From Acutalibacteraceae bacterium (lineage in GTDB: Bacteria > Bacillota > Clostridia > Oscillospirales > Acutalibacteraceae), in contig JAZQBA010000016.1 of assembly GCA_045545515.1 (NCBI GenBank), positions 59,785 through 123,784 of the forward strand: a stretch of 64,000 nt of DNA, read 5' to 3'. Made by a program: the position numbers and the translations under genes. Positions 53,574 through 63,328 of this stretch are shown here, in pieces. The notes under the pieces are model-generated. The model made no database searches. It saw only the letters and a list, made by a program, of their open reading frames with translations, and was not told the origin of the DNA. Each line of letters begins with the position of its first letter. Position 1 is the first letter of the stretch.

Positions 53574-54361
53574 GCCAATTCCTCCCGCAACAAAATCGGT
53601 CGAACGGCCGTCACGCGGCCGTCGGCGTCGTTTATTTCAAAAATACAACCGTTCAGTTGGCAAGGGCCTTCCACGATGGTGAATTTATCGGTCGTGCCGT
53701 CACGCAAACGGTTGATGACCGCCTGCGGTACAACCCCGAGCACCGATTCCACGGGCCCCGTCATACCAAGGTCGGTGATATAACCCGTTCCTTTGGGCAA
53801 AACACAAGCATCGGTCGTCATGACGTGGGTGTGGGTGCCGAACAACGCCGTCACCTTCCCGTCAAGATAAAAACCAAACGCGCGTTTTTCGCCCGTTGCC
53901 TCGGCGTGGAAATCGACCAGAATGACGTTGGCGCCGTCCGCGTGGGAACGCTCGAGCAATCGGTCGGCGACCAAAAAAGGGTTTTCAACCTTGTAGCGTT
54001 CCAAAAACGCGCTTCCCATCAAGTTCCAAACGGCCACGCGCAACCGTCCCATATCCACCAGCGCATATCCGCTGCCGAAATCGACCGGCAAATTTTCGGG
54101 GCGCAACAAAAACGGATTTTCCTCCAAAAAAGTGTGACTTTCGCGGCGTTGCAAGGTGTGGTTCCCGCCCGTAATCACGTCGGCACCACAGGCAAACAAC
54201 ACGTCGGCGCTTTGGGGCGTAATTCCGTTGCCATCGGCCGAATTTTCGCCGTTGATAATCGTCAGATCAATTTTTTCTTCACGGCGAAGTTTGGGTAAAA
54301 CGCGGGCGGCATACCTGCACCCGACCGATCCGCAAACGTCACCAACGACCAACACGCGCAT
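53570..54361 (-). CDS. ymdB: TIGR00282-type metallophosphoesterase YmdB (2',3'-cyclic-nucleotide phosphodiesterase)
   Basis: MRVLVVGDVCG, GENSADGNGIT, GGNH, FHAEATGEK motifs. Start ATG 54361 with AAGGAGGG RBS. Confidence 0.9.
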   Translation of the reverse strand: MRVLVVGDVCGSVGCRYAARVLPKLRREEKIDLTIINGENSADGNGITPQSADVLFACGADVITGGNHTLQRRESHTFLEENPFLLRPENLPVDFGSGYALVDMGRLRVAVWNLMGSAFLERYKVENPFLVADRLLERSHADGANVILVDFHAEATGEKRAFGFYLDGKVTALFGTHTHVMTTDACVLPKGTGYITDLGMTGPVESVLGVVPQAVINRLRDGTTDKFTIVEGPCQLNGCIFEINDADGRVTAVRPILLREELA

Positions 54362-54446
54362 TGTTTTCCGCCCTCCTTTTCCCATAATTTCATAATCTTA
54401 TATATTATACCATTACTCGCACCCAAAAATCAATCTTTAATTACGG

Positions 54447-54479
54447 CAAAACAAAAACCGCCCTGCCGAAGCAGAGCGG
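54447..54479 (-). terminator. Terminator after tsf
   Basis: Minus strand reads ccgctctgc-ttcg-gcagggcgg (one G-U) followed by TTTTTGTTTT. Confidence 0.88.
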
Positions 54480-54497
54480 TTTTAACACGAATATCAA

Positions 54498-55409
54498 TTA
54501 TTTTACCATGCCGGCAACTTCGGCAGCAAAATCATCGACGCGCTTCTCCAAACCTTCGCCCTTTTCAAAGCGAACGTAAGAAGCAATGCGGATGGAAGCG
54601 CCCAATTCGGAAGCCGTCTTCTCAACGTACTTCCCAACCGTCAGGTCGCCATCCATAACGAAGTCCTGGTTCACAAGGCAGTTCTCTTTGTAGTACTTGC
54701 CGATCTTGCCCTCAACGATCTTGTTGAGAACCATCTCCGGCTTGCCTGCCATTTTGGGGTCTTCCTTCATCTGAGCAACGAGGATTTCCTTTTCCTTCTC
54801 GATAACCTCGGCCGGAACCGAAGCTTCATCCAAGTAGGCGGGGCTCATTGCAGCAATCTGCATACATACGTTCTTACCCAAGGTAACGAGCGCTTCGTTA
54901 TCGGCAGCCAGATCGGTATCCAACTGAACCATAACGCCGATCTTACCGCCGGCATGAACGTAGCTGACGGTTTTGCCCTCAACGCGGGCAAAACGGCGAA
55001 CGCGAATGTTCTCGCGAACCTTTAAGAACAGATCCTGAACCAATTCGGAAACGGTCTTGCCGTCCTTGGTGCAGTTGAGCAGTGCCTCAACGTCGGCCGG
55101 ATTCTGCTCGGCAATGATTTCGGCAACTTGAGCCGAAAGGGCTTTGAACTCTTCGCCGTTGGCAACGAAGTCGGTCTCGGAGTTGAGTTCAACTACAACG
55201 CCGACATTCTCTTTGCTCATGGCGCAAACGGTGCCTTCTGCGGCAATACGGGTCGATTTCTTGGCTTGGGAAGCAAGGCCCTTTTCACGCAGATAATCGA
55301 CGGCGGCGTCCATGTCGCCATCGCACTCTACGAGTGCCTTTTTGCAGTCCATCATGCCGCAACCGGTTTTTTCACGTAAATTCTGAACGTCTTTCGCGGT
55401 AAATGCCAT
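54498..55409 (-). CDS. tsf: Elongation factor Ts
   Basis: MAFTAKDVQNLREKTGCGMMDCKKAL UBA-like N-terminus. 303 aa. Start trimmed to ATG 55409. Confidence 0.97.
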   Translation of the reverse strand: MAFTAKDVQNLREKTGCGMMDCKKALVECDGDMDAAVDYLREKGLASQAKKSTRIAAEGTVCAMSKENVGVVVELNSETDFVANGEEFKALSAQVAEIIAEQNPADVEALLNCTKDGKTVSELVQDLFLKVRENIRVRRFARVEGKTVSYVHAGGKIGVMVQLDTDLAADNEALVTLGKNVCMQIAAMSPAYLDEASVPAEVIEKEKEILVAQMKEDPKMAGKPEMVLNKIVEGKIGKYYKENCLVNQDFVMDGDLTVGKYVEKTASELGASIRIASYVRFEKGEGLEKRVDDFAAEVAGMVK

Positions 55410-55428
55410 TTTCTTTTCCTCCTCGAAA

Positions 55429-56175
55429 TTATTCAGCGGCTTCGGCCGATTCCTCAGCCTCGGCGGGTTCCTGTGCAGCGGTGCCCATTTCGGAGCCCTG
55501 ACGGCCTTCGATAACAGCGGCTGCAATGGTCTCGGCAATCAACTTAACGGCGCGAATAGCATCGTCGTTGCCGGGGATAACAGCGTCGATCTCATCGGGA
55601 TCGCAGTTGGTGTCAACAATTGCAACGATCGGAATACCCAATTTCTTGGCTTCCTGAACGGCAATACGCTCTTTGCGGGGGTCTACGATGAACAAAGCAC
55701 CGGGAATGCGCTTCATATCTTGAATACCGCCCATAAACTTTTCTAACTTTTCGATTTCAAGGTTGAGTTTGATAACTTCCTTTTTGGGAAGCAACTCAAA
55801 GGTACCGTCGTCACGCATCGCACGCAACTGGTTCAAACGGTCGATACGAGTGCGAATGGTGCTGAAGTTGGTCATCATACCGCCCAGCCAACGAGCGTTG
55901 ACATAGGGCATACCGCAATGCTCGGCTTCCTCACGGATCGAGTCCTGCGCCTGCTTCTTGGTACCAACGAAGAGAATGTCCTTACCCTCGGCCGCGATAT
56001 CGCGAACAAACAGGTACGCTTCATTCAACTTCTTGACCGTTTTCTGCAGGTCAATAATGTAGATGCCGTTGCGCTCCGTAAAAATATAGGGAGCCATTTT
56101 GGGGTTCCAACGTCTCGTCTGGTGGCCGAAATGCACACCGGCTTCGAGCAGTTGTTTCATGGATACTACTGCCAT
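55429..56175 (-). CDS. rpsB: 30S ribosomal protein S2
   Basis: [22 protein letters not shown]. 248 aa with a short acidic tail. Start trimmed to ATG 56175. Confidence 0.97.
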   Translation of the reverse strand: MAVVSMKQLLEAGVHFGHQTRRWNPKMAPYIFTERNGIYIIDLQKTVKKLNEAYLFVRDIAAEGKDILFVGTKKQAQDSIREEAEHCGMPYVNARWLGGMMTNFSTIRTRIDRLNQLRAMRDDGTFELLPKKEVIKLNLEIEKLEKFMGGIQDMKRIPGALFIVDPRKERIAVQEAKKLGIPIVAIVDTNCDPDEIDAVIPGNDDAIRAVKLIAETIAAAVIEGRQGSEMGTAAQEPAEAEESAEAAE

Positions 56176-56320
56176 TTTCTTTTCCTCCTGAGGTTCATCC
56201 TCCATCCCGTTTTCAGCCGTGTTCATCGGCATTGAACCTTGCCGACACCTCACGCGCTCTGGCGGAATGTGTGTAATATTTTCGCCGCTTTTCCGCCAAA
56301 AAGCAGAGAGCGACCAATAG

Positions 56321-56349
56321 ATTATAGCACAACCCTTTTCCATTTGCAA
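56321..56349 (-). promoter_or_regulatory. Promoter of rpsB-tsf
   Basis: Minus strand reads TTGCAA-17 nt-TATAAT. It leaves a ~140-nt structured leader. Confidence 0.65.
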
Positions 56350-56377
56350 CTATTTTTTTATTTTTTTGAATTTTGGG

Positions 56378-56406
56378 TTGACAATCGGCCATTCTACCGA
56401 TATAAT
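56378..56406 (+). promoter_or_regulatory. Consensus sigma-A promoter of the IMPDH-family gene
   Basis: TTGACA-17 nt-TATAAT, a perfect consensus, 46 nt upstream of ATG 56452. Confidence 0.75.
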
Positions 56407-56451
56407 CATATAAATATTTATAAAAATTTTAGGAAAAGGGAGTCAAAGGAT

Positions 56452-57960
56452 ATGGCTTATTATTTCAAAGAAACTTCTCATACGTTTAACGAGTACCTGT
56501 TGGTACCGGGCTACTCCTCTTCGGAGTGTGTTCCCGCGAACGTCAGTCTGAAAACACCGCTGGTTCGTTTCCGCAAAGGCGAAGAGCCGGCCATCTCCAT
56601 GAATATTCCCATGGTTTCCGCCATTATGCAGTCGGTTTCGGGCGATCGCCTGGCCGTTGCCCTTGCCAAAGAAGGCGGCGTTTCCTTTATTTACGGCTCC
56701 CAGTCGATTGAAGACGAGGCCGCAATGGTTGCCCGCGCCAAATCCTATAAAGCCGGTTTTGTCGTGAGTGAATCGAACGTTACCCCCGACAGCACCTTGG
56801 CCGACATTCTGGCCGTTAAGGAAAAGAACGGTCACTCGACCATCGCCGTGACCGAAGACGGCACCGAGAACGGCCGTCTGGTCGGTATTGTCACCAGTCG
56901 CGACTACCGTGTCAGCCGTATGGGTCCTGCCACCCCCGTCAAAGACTTTATGACGCCGCTTTCTTCCTTGATTGTCGGCGAAGAAAACACCACCTTGAAA
57001 CAGGCCAACGATATTATCTGGGAAAACAAACTCAATTCCCTTCCGATTGTGGATAAAAACGGAAACCTCAAATATTTCGTTTTCCGCAAGGACTACGACG
57101 CACACAAGGAAAACCCCAATGAATTGTTGGATGCACAGAAGCGTTACGTTGTAGGCGCCGGTATCAACACCCGCGACTACGAACAGCGCGTTCCCGCCCT
57201 CGTAGAGGCCGGCGCCGACGTTCTTTGTATCGACTCTTCCGAAGGTTTCTCGGAATGGCAATCGCGCACCATCGACTTTATCCGCGCCAAGTACGGCGAA
57301 TCGGTCAAAGTAGGTGCCGGTAACGTTGTTGACCGCGAAGGCTTCTTGTTCTTGGCAAAAGCAGGTGCCGACTTTGTTAAGGTTGGTATCGGCGGCGGTT
57401 CGATCTGTATCACCCGCGAGACCAAAGGTATCGGCCGCGGACAGGCTACTTCTCTGATTGAAGTTTGCGCCGCGCGTGACGAATACTTTGAGGAAACCGG
57501 TATTTACGTTCCGGTCTGCTCGGACGGCGGTATCGTTCACGACCACCACATGACCCTGGCGTTGGCCATGGGTGCCGACTTCCTGATGCTCGGCCGCTAT
57601 TTCGCCCGTTTCGACGAAAGCCCCACCAACCGCATCAACATTGGCGGCAATTATTATAAGGAATACTGGGGCGAAGGTTCCAACCGCGCCCGTAACTGGA
57701 TGCGCTACGACTTGGGCGGCGACAAGAAACTCTCGTTTGAAGAGGGCGTTGATTCCTACGTTCCCTATGCCGGAACCCTCAAAGACAACGTTAGTTTGTC
57801 GCTCAGCAAGGTAAAATCCACCATGTGCAACTGCGGTTCGTTGAACCTGCCCGAATTCCGTGAGAAAGCAAAACTCACCCTCGTTTCGGCCACGAGTATC
57901 ATCGAAGGCGGCGCACACGACGTTATCCAGAAAGACACTTCGTTGAACGCCGGAAAGTAA
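56452..57960 (+). CDS. IMP dehydrogenase family protein (TIM barrel with CBS pair)
   Basis: [21 protein letters not shown]-terminus, CBS insert, catalytic-loop [12 protein letters not shown] and GEGS near the C-terminus. The start is trimmed from the ORF-track call. Confidence 0.85.
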   Translation: MAYYFKETSHTFNEYLLVPGYSSSECVPANVSLKTPLVRFRKGEEPAISMNIPMVSAIMQSVSGDRLAVALAKEGGVSFIYGSQSIEDEAAMVARAKSYKAGFVVSESNVTPDSTLADILAVKEKNGHSTIAVTEDGTENGRLVGIVTSRDYRVSRMGPATPVKDFMTPLSSLIVGEENTTLKQANDIIWENKLNSLPIVDKNGNLKYFVFRKDYDAHKENPNELLDAQKRYVVGAGINTRDYEQRVPALVEAGADVLCIDSSEGFSEWQSRTIDFIRAKYGESVKVGAGNVVDREGFLFLAKAGADFVKVGIGGGSICITRETKGIGRGQATSLIEVCAARDEYFEETGIYVPVCSDGGIVHDHHMTLALAMGADFLMLGRYFARFDESPTNRINIGGNYYKEYWGEGSNRARNWMRYDLGGDKKLSFEEGVDSYVPYAGTLKDNVSLSLSKVKSTMCNCGSLNLPEFREKAKLTLVSATSIIEGGAHDVIQKDTSLNAGK

Positions 57961-57978
57961 ACGTCGAAAAATTTATAG

Positions 57979-58008
57979 TTGACAAAAACATTTGTATCGT
58001 GTGATAAT
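57979..58008 (+). promoter_or_regulatory. Candidate promoter for rsmD-coaD
   Basis: TTGACA-18 nt-GATAAT. Confidence 0.55.
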
Positions 58009-58023
58009 AAACAGGAATGGTAG

Positions 58024-58587
58024 GTGAGCGTTTTGCGGATTATTACCGGAACCGCACGCGGGACACGATTGGAAACCGTTGAGGGGGATGATCTGGTACG
58101 CCCTACCCCCGAAAAGGTGAAAGAAGCGCTCTTCAGCGCTCTTCAATTCGATATTGAGGGTCGCCGTGTACTCGACCTGTTTGCCGGGTCGGGGCAGTTA
58201 GGCCTTGAAACCTTAAGTCGCGGGGCCGAGTCGGCCACGTTGGTGGACGGCGCCGATATTTCGGTTTCGGTCATTCGCCGAAACGCTGAAAAATGCGGCT
58301 TTGGAAAAGAGGCCAAGATCATTCGTTCGGATTACAAGGTGTTTTTAGCCGGTTGCCGCGAACAGTTTGATATTGCTTTTCTCGATCCCCCTTATGGGAC
58401 AGGCATTCTGCAAAAAGCGTTGCCGGCCGTAACACAGGTGATGAGCGAAGCGGGACTGATCGTTTGCGAACATCCGCTGTCGGAAGAATTACCCGAGGTT
58501 TGCGAAGGCTTTTCGATTGTGAAAACCTACCGCTACGGAAAAATCGGCATCACACTTTACCGCCGTGTAAAGGAGGATGTGCAATGA
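58024..58587 (+). CDS. rsmD: 16S rRNA (guanine966-N2)-methyltransferase RsmD
   Basis: RIITGTARG, LDLFAGSGQLGLE and DPPY motifs. GTG start. Confidence 0.9.
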   Translation: MSVLRIITGTARGTRLETVEGDDLVRPTPEKVKEALFSALQFDIEGRRVLDLFAGSGQLGLETLSRGAESATLVDGADISVSVIRRNAEKCGFGKEAKIIRSDYKVFLAGCREQFDIAFLDPPYGTGILQKALPAVTQVMSEAGLIVCEHPLSEELPEVCEGFSIVKTYRYGKIGITLYRRVKEDVQ

Positions 58588-59081
58588 AAAATTCCGTCGT
58601 TGTATACCCCGGTAGTTTCGACCCCGTTACCTTAGGTCATTTGGACATTATTTGTCGCGCCGCGGCGATGTTTGACCGATTGATCGTGGTCGTGATGACC
58701 AACGCCAACAAGACCTGCTCTTTTACGCCGGAAGAACGCGCCGAAATGATTCGCAAATCGACCGCGCATCTTTCGAACGTTGAGGTTGATTTTTACGACG
58801 GTCTGTTGGCCGATTACGCGCGGCAGAAAGGTGCCTCGGCAATTGTCAAAGGGCTTCGCGCTATGTCGGACTTTGAATATGAATTTCAGATGGCTTTGGC
58901 CAACAAGAAACTCAATCCCGACGTAGAGACCCTGTTTTTAACCGCCAGCGCACAGAATATGTACTTAAGTTCCAGTATGATTAAACAGATTGCGAGCATG
59001 AACGGAGATATTTCCGATTTTGTACCAGCCGCCATTCACAAGGATATTGTGAAACGGTTGGCGCAAAACGGTCAATCATAA
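58584..59081 (+). CDS. coaD: Pantetheine-phosphate adenylyltransferase
   Basis: VYPGSFDPVTLGHLDII (T/HxGH). 165 aa. ATG 58584 overlaps the rsmD stop (ATGA). AAGGAGG RBS. Confidence 0.95.
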   Translation: MKNSVVVYPGSFDPVTLGHLDIICRAAAMFDRLIVVVMTNANKTCSFTPEERAEMIRKSTAHLSNVEVDFYDGLLADYARQKGASAIVKGLRAMSDFEYEFQMALANKKLNPDVETLFLTASAQNMYLSSSMIKQIASMNGDISDFVPAAIHKDIVKRLAQNGQS

Positions 59082-59121
59082 ACAGCAACACAAACTTTTA
59101 CTTATATGGAGGATGAACAAA

Positions 59122-59580
59122 ATGACACTGGATGAATTGTTAGAACAATTTGACGAAGCACTGGACAGCGGTGTGAAAATTCCCGGAAAGAAGACCATTG
59201 TAGACGTAGAAAGACTGCGCGCCGTTGTGGACGATATTCGCCTCAACATTCCCGGCGAAATCAAGCAGGCTCGCGGCATTGTTGCCGACCGCGCCGAAAT
59301 CATCACCACCGCCAAGCGCGAGGCCGATGACATTATTAAGAGTGCCGAAGAACGCGCCAAAGCCATTGTAGCGCAGGAGCACATTGTTAAATTGGCACAG
59401 GAAAAGGCACAGGAAATCATCGCAAGCGCGCAGAGCAAGAGCCGCGAAATGCGCAAAGCCGCACAGGATTTTGTCGATGACATTATGCGCCGCACCGACG
59501 AGGGGCTCACCGCAAATCTGGGTGAAGTTCGCAAGACCCGCGCCGCATTGAAGCAGCAGGCTCCCGTAAAGAACGACTAA
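59122..59580 (+). CDS. Coiled-coil protein of unknown function (ATP synthase b/H-like helical repeat)
   Basis: Charged heptad-like sequence AEERAKAIVAQEHIVKLAQEKAQEII. Preferred start is ATG 59122, 9 nt after GGAGG. Confidence 0.6.
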   Translation: MTLDELLEQFDEALDSGVKIPGKKTIVDVERLRAVVDDIRLNIPGEIKQARGIVADRAEIITTAKREADDIIKSAEERAKAIVAQEHIVKLAQEKAQEIIASAQSKSREMRKAAQDFVDDIMRRTDEGLTANLGEVRKTRAALKQQAPVKND

Positions 59581-59597
59581 TTCTTTTTGAAAAACGA

Positions 59598-59627
59598 AAA
59601 CGGTCACCTTGTGTGGCCGTTTTTTTC
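59598..59627 (+). terminator. Terminator
   Basis: aaacggtcac-cttgt-gtggccgttt stem (one mismatch) followed by T7. Confidence 0.8.
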
Positions 59628-59660
59628 TTCGGAAGGAAAGCCGCCTGTAAAATTTAGAGG

Positions 59661-59689
59661 TTGACCTTTTCTTATAAATATGGTAAAAT
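59661..59689 (+). promoter_or_regulatory. Promoter of the amino-acid ABC operon
   Basis: TTGACC-17 nt-TAAAAT. Confidence 0.6.
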
Positions 59690-59728
59690 AAATAAAATAT
59701 TTTTTTATTTTAACGGAGGAAAATCATT

Positions 59729-60487
59729 ATGAAAAAAGCAATGAGAATTCTGGCCATTGTGATGGCCGTTGCTATGGTTTTGTCCCTGGCTGCATGCGGC
59801 GGTAAAACCGATAGCAAAAAGTACGTTATCTACTCGGACAACGGTTTCGCACCGTTTGAGTTCCTGGATGACGAATCGGGCGAGTACATCGGCGTAGATA
59901 TGGATCTGTTGGCCGCCATTGCCAAAGACCAGGGTTTTGAGTATGAAATGCACAACGAAGGCTTCGACGCTTCGATGGGTGCCGTTCAGTCGGGACAGGC
60001 CGACGCGATGATCGCCGGTATGACCATCAACGACGAGCGCAAGAAGACCTACGATTTCTCGGACGGTTATTTTGAAGACGGTTCTATTATGGTTGTTGCC
60101 AAAGACAGCACGATTGCTTCGACAGACGAGCTCAAAGACAAGACCGTTGCCGCCAAGATCGGTACCGTCAGCACCGACTATGCCGAGAAACTGAAGGAAG
60201 AAATCGGCTTTGAAATTTCCTACTTTGAAGGTTCTGCCGAAATGTATCAGGCCGTTATCACCGGTCAGGCCGTTGCTTGCTTCGAAGACCGTTCGGTTAT
60301 CGGCTGGGCGATCGAAGAAGAAGGCGTAGCGCTCAAGACCGTTGGCGAGGTTGTAGATCCCTGCTACTACGGTTTTGCTACCAAGAAGGGCAGCAACGCT
60401 GAACTGATTGAGAAATTCAACAAAGGTCTTGCCAACATCAAGGCTTCGGGTGAATACGATAAGATTCTTGCCAAGTACGGCTATTAA
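59729..60487 (+). CDS. Amino acid ABC transporter substrate-binding lipoprotein (family 3)
   Basis: Lipobox LSLAACGG. SBP_bac_3 pattern (GVDMDLLAAIAK, AGMTINDERKK..DFSD). Confidence 0.88.
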   Translation: MKKAMRILAIVMAVAMVLSLAACGGKTDSKKYVIYSDNGFAPFEFLDDESGEYIGVDMDLLAAIAKDQGFEYEMHNEGFDASMGAVQSGQADAMIAGMTINDERKKTYDFSDGYFEDGSIMVVAKDSTIASTDELKDKTVAAKIGTVSTDYAEKLKEEIGFEISYFEGSAEMYQAVITGQAVACFEDRSVIGWAIEEEGVALKTVGEVVDPCYYGFATKKGSNAELIEKFNKGLANIKASGEYDKILAKYGY

Positions 60488-60515
60488 TCTTAAAACAGAA
60501 TAAATACATAGACAG

Positions 60516-60552
60516 TTCGGCACAAGGTTTCTTGTGCTGAATTGTTTATCTT
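60516..60552 (+). terminator. Intra-operon hairpin (partial terminator/attenuator) between the binding-protein and permease genes
   Basis: ttcggcacaag-gttt-cttgtgctgaa 11-bp stem (one G-U) followed by TTGTTTATCTTT. Confidence 0.55.
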
Positions 60553-60571
60553 TGATAAGGGGTAACTTTCC

Positions 60572-61249
60572 TTGAGTTTTGACAGAGTATTTGAAATGGC
60601 TATTCCTCTTCTCAACGAGGGATTAAAGGTCACGCTCATCGTTTCGCTGATCTCCATAGCCATCGGTCTTGTAATTGGTTTTTTAACCTGCCTTTGCGGG
60701 CGTTCCAAAAACATTATTCTGCGCGGAATTGCTGCTGTTTATGTTTGGGTTATCCGCGGAACTCCCATGATTGTACAGGCGTTTTTGGTCTTCTTCTCTT
60801 TTCCGCAGGTCATGCAGTTGTTTGTTTCCGACTTTAAGATTGCCGCTTTTACGGCCGGTGTGATTACGCTGAGCCTGAACGCCGGCGCCTATATGTCAGA
60901 AATTTTCCGCGGCGGCATTCAAGCCGTGAGCATCGGTCAGGTGGAGGCTGCGCGCAGTTTGGGTCTGAGCCAATCGCGCACCATGATGAAGATTGTTTTG
61001 CCGCAGGCCTTCAAAATCAGCCTGCCGTCGCTTGTCAATCAGTTTATCATCACCATTAAGGACTCTTCCATTTTGTCGGTTATCGGTTTGGCAGATATTG
61101 TCAACCGCGCCAAAATCTACGTGGGAAAAACCTATGACTTTTTCCCCACCTACACGATGGTTGCCGTTTACTACCTGGTGATTATTTCCATTCTGATGGT
61201 ACTTTCTAAATTTTTGGAGAAGAAGATTAACTATGATAAAAAACAGTGA
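60572..61249 (+). CDS. Amino acid ABC transporter permease (His/Glu/Gln/Arg/opine family)
   Basis: EAA-loop region [20 protein letters not shown]. 5 TM helices. TTG start. Confidence 0.88.
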   Translation: MSFDRVFEMAIPLLNEGLKVTLIVSLISIAIGLVIGFLTCLCGRSKNIILRGIAAVYVWVIRGTPMIVQAFLVFFSFPQVMQLFVSDFKIAAFTAGVITLSLNAGAYMSEIFRGGIQAVSIGQVEAARSLGLSQSRTMMKIVLPQAFKISLPSLVNQFIITIKDSSILSVIGLADIVNRAKIYVGKTYDFFPTYTMVAVYYLVIISILMVLSKFLEKKINYDKKQ

Positions 61250-61982
61250 TGCCGCCGTTAAGGTGCGCGTAACCGACCTGCACAAATCGTTTGAAGACGT
61301 CGACGTATTGATGGGGATGGACCTCGAGATCCGCGAGGGCGAAGTAGTTTGCCTGATCGGTCCTTCGGGTTCGGGTAAATCGACCTTCTTGCGTTGCCTC
61401 AACCGCTTGGAAGAGAGCACCGCCGGTACAATTGAAGTCGACGGTTACGAGATTACCGATAAAAAAATCAATATCAACAAGGTTCGCGAAAACATCGGTA
61501 TGGTGTTCCAACAGTTCAACCTGTTTGCCAATAAAACGGTGAAGAAGAACATTATGTTCGCCCCCGTTGAACTTAAAAAGATGACCAAAGAAGAGGCCGA
61601 AGAGAAAGCAATGGCTCTGCTCACCCGTGTCGGTTTGGCCGATAAGGCTGATGCATTTCCGCATCAACTTTCGGGCGGTCAGCAACAGCGTGTCGCCATT
61701 GCCCGCGCATTGGCCATGAATCCCGATATTATGTTGTTCGACGAGCCGACCAGTGCTTTGGACCCCGAAATGGTTGGCGAAGTTTTACAGGTTATGAAAG
61801 AACTCGCCGCCGAGGGTATGACCATGGTGGTCGTGACCCACGAAATGGGCTTTGCGCGTGACGTGGCCGACCGCGTCGTCTTTATGTCGGACGGTGTCAT
61901 CGTGGAACAAGGTACCCCCGAAGAGATTTTCTCGAATCCGCAAAACAAACGCACGCAAGACTTTTTGGGTTGCGTTCTGTAA
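61233..61982 (+). CDS. Amino acid ABC transporter ATP-binding protein (GlnQ-like)
   Basis: Walker [25 protein letters not shown], Walker [13 protein letters not shown]-loop VTHEM. Confidence 0.95.
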   Translation: MIKNSDAAVKVRVTDLHKSFEDVDVLMGMDLEIREGEVVCLIGPSGSGKSTFLRCLNRLEESTAGTIEVDGYEITDKKININKVRENIGMVFQQFNLFANKTVKKNIMFAPVELKKMTKEEAEEKAMALLTRVGLADKADAFPHQLSGGQQQRVAIARALAMNPDIMLFDEPTSALDPEMVGEVLQVMKELAAEGMTMVVVTHEMGFARDVADRVVFMSDGVIVEQGTPEEIFSNPQNKRTQDFLGCVL

Positions 61983-61994
61983 AAAACAGAAACA

Positions 61995-62025
61995 AAAGCC
62001 GAGGGCAAGAGCCCTCGGCTTTTTC
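61995..62025. terminator. Bidirectional terminator
   Basis: aaagccgagggc-aaga-gccctcggcttt 12-bp stem flanked by an A-run and a T-run. Confidence 0.9.
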
Positions 62026-62040
62026 TTTATGAACGTAATC

Positions 62041-63258
62041 TTAACTTAAATAGTTCCAATCGATCGAAAGGATTTCGTCAACCCGGAACAAGTCGCTGTT
62101 GGAGTAGGTCACCTTTAAGTTGCCGTCGGTCTGCAAAACCATTTTGGCCGTGATGGTGCCCTCTTCTTCCCAGAAGCAGTTCTTGATGATAATCTCGGTA
62201 TCGGTCAGTTCTACGCGGTGCGGATTTTGACCGGCGCCACAGCGGTAATAATTCTTACCGTTAAAGTTTACGGGCTTTCTGCCCGCATAGGGTGCGTCTT
62301 CAAACGTGGCTTCCAATACAAGACAGTAAAGTCCGTCCACCTCGTCGTTATAAAGGCAGAAGCCGCCCGAGTAGATTGCCGTTTTTTCGAGGTCCCAATA
62401 CCGATAACGCTTGGAAACGTATTCCTGTTCCCATTTGATATGCGTTTTGGGGTTGAGGTTTTGGTTTTGGGGTTTCACTTCCTCAACCTTATTCTCTTTT
62501 TGGCCGCAAACGGTACAAACACCGTCTTTGTAGCTGTGTTCGCCCTTGGTGCCCTCAATAAAGCCGCAGGTAATACACTTTTTCGGGGTTTTGCAGGTGG
62601 CGTTCTGCCAGGTGTGACCGAGCGCCGCGTTAATGGAACCACAGGCACACTGACCCGATTTGGTGCAAGTGGCACCAACGTATTTATGGGTATGTTTGGC
62701 GGGGGTGTTGCCGCCTTGATTGCCGGTCGGCTGATTGGGCGTTTCGGTTTCGGAAGAAGTATCGGCCGCGTCGGAATCTTTCACCTTGTTTTCGGTGTTC
62801 ACGTTTAAGGTCAGTTCCAGTTCGGTTGCCGCCTGATTGGCCGCCGCCGAAGCCTTGGTCAACACGTCGATCAGATTGATGGTCGTAACCTTTTTCTCGG
62901 TTGCCTCAAAACTGACGGTCGCACCCGTCTTCAAAAAGCCTCGGTCTTTGGCGTTTTTGAGAATGTTGGCAATCACCTTATCGAAGCCCTTATCGGTCAG
63001 ATCAAGGTCTTTTTCAAACGATTTGGCATCGTCGTTCAGCGCGTGAACGGCCAAAACGTCGTTGTTTTCGTCGAGATACAGTTCAAACTGCGGATTGATT
63101 TTGAGTACAATAACCGAGGCGTAATTGCTCGGTTTTTCAAAACCGTCGGTTTCTGCGACGGTCGGCGCACTGTCCGACGAAGCGGTATCCGCCTTGCCGC
63201 AAGCACAGAAAGAAAGCGCTACCATAAGGCACAAAAGTAATGCGAGAACTTTTTTCAT
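62041..63258 (-). CDS. Hypothetical lipoprotein with Cys-rich H-x-[YW]..C..CxxCG repeats
   Basis: Lipobox LSFCAC. N-terminal domain resembles the RsgI-type INP.xEL module (VLKINPQFELYLDENNDVLAVHALNDDA). 8 Cys lie in aa 198-251. Confidence 0.6.
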   Translation of the reverse strand: MKKVLALLLCLMVALSFCACGKADTASSDSAPTVAETDGFEKPSNYASVIVLKINPQFELYLDENNDVLAVHALNDDAKSFEKDLDLTDKGFDKVIANILKNAKDRGFLKTGATVSFEATEKKVTTINLIDVLTKASAAANQAATELELTLNVNTENKVKDSDAADTSSETETPNQPTGNQGGNTPAKHTHKYVGATCTKSGQCACGSINAALGHTWQNATCKTPKKCITCGFIEGTKGEHSYKDGVCTVCGQKENKVEEVKPQNQNLNPKTHIKWEQEYVSKRYRYWDLEKTAIYSGGFCLYNDEVDGLYCLVLEATFEDAPYAGRKPVNFNGKNYYRCGAGQNPHRVELTDTEIIIKNCFWEEEGTITAKMVLQTDGNLKVTYSNSDLFRVDEILSIDWNYLS

Positions 63259-63291
63259 AAGAGTCCCTCTCTTCTTTCATAATATAATTAT

Positions 63292-63319
63292 ATTATACGA
63301 AAACTAAACCGCTTGTCAA
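63292..63319 (-). promoter_or_regulatory. Promoter of the Cys-rich lipoprotein gene
   Basis: Minus strand reads TTGACA-16 nt-TATAAT. Confidence 0.6.
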
Positions 63320-63328
63320 GAAACAGTA

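Noticed and set aside
43263-56349. N-terminal extensions in the ORF track for tuf, fusA, rpsG, recG, ymdB, tsf and rpsB (and likewise dut, sigG and the Na/Pi transporter elsewhere).
   Set aside because: Conserved N-termini and properly spaced Shine-Dalgarno sequences identify internal start codons. The extensions are merely open upstream sequence.
56443-57918. 491-aa minus-strand ORF antisense to the IMPDH-family gene.
   Set aside because: The opposite strand encodes a protein with clear IMPDH motifs and a perfect consensus promoter. The antisense translation is G/V/A/N-rich with no motifs.
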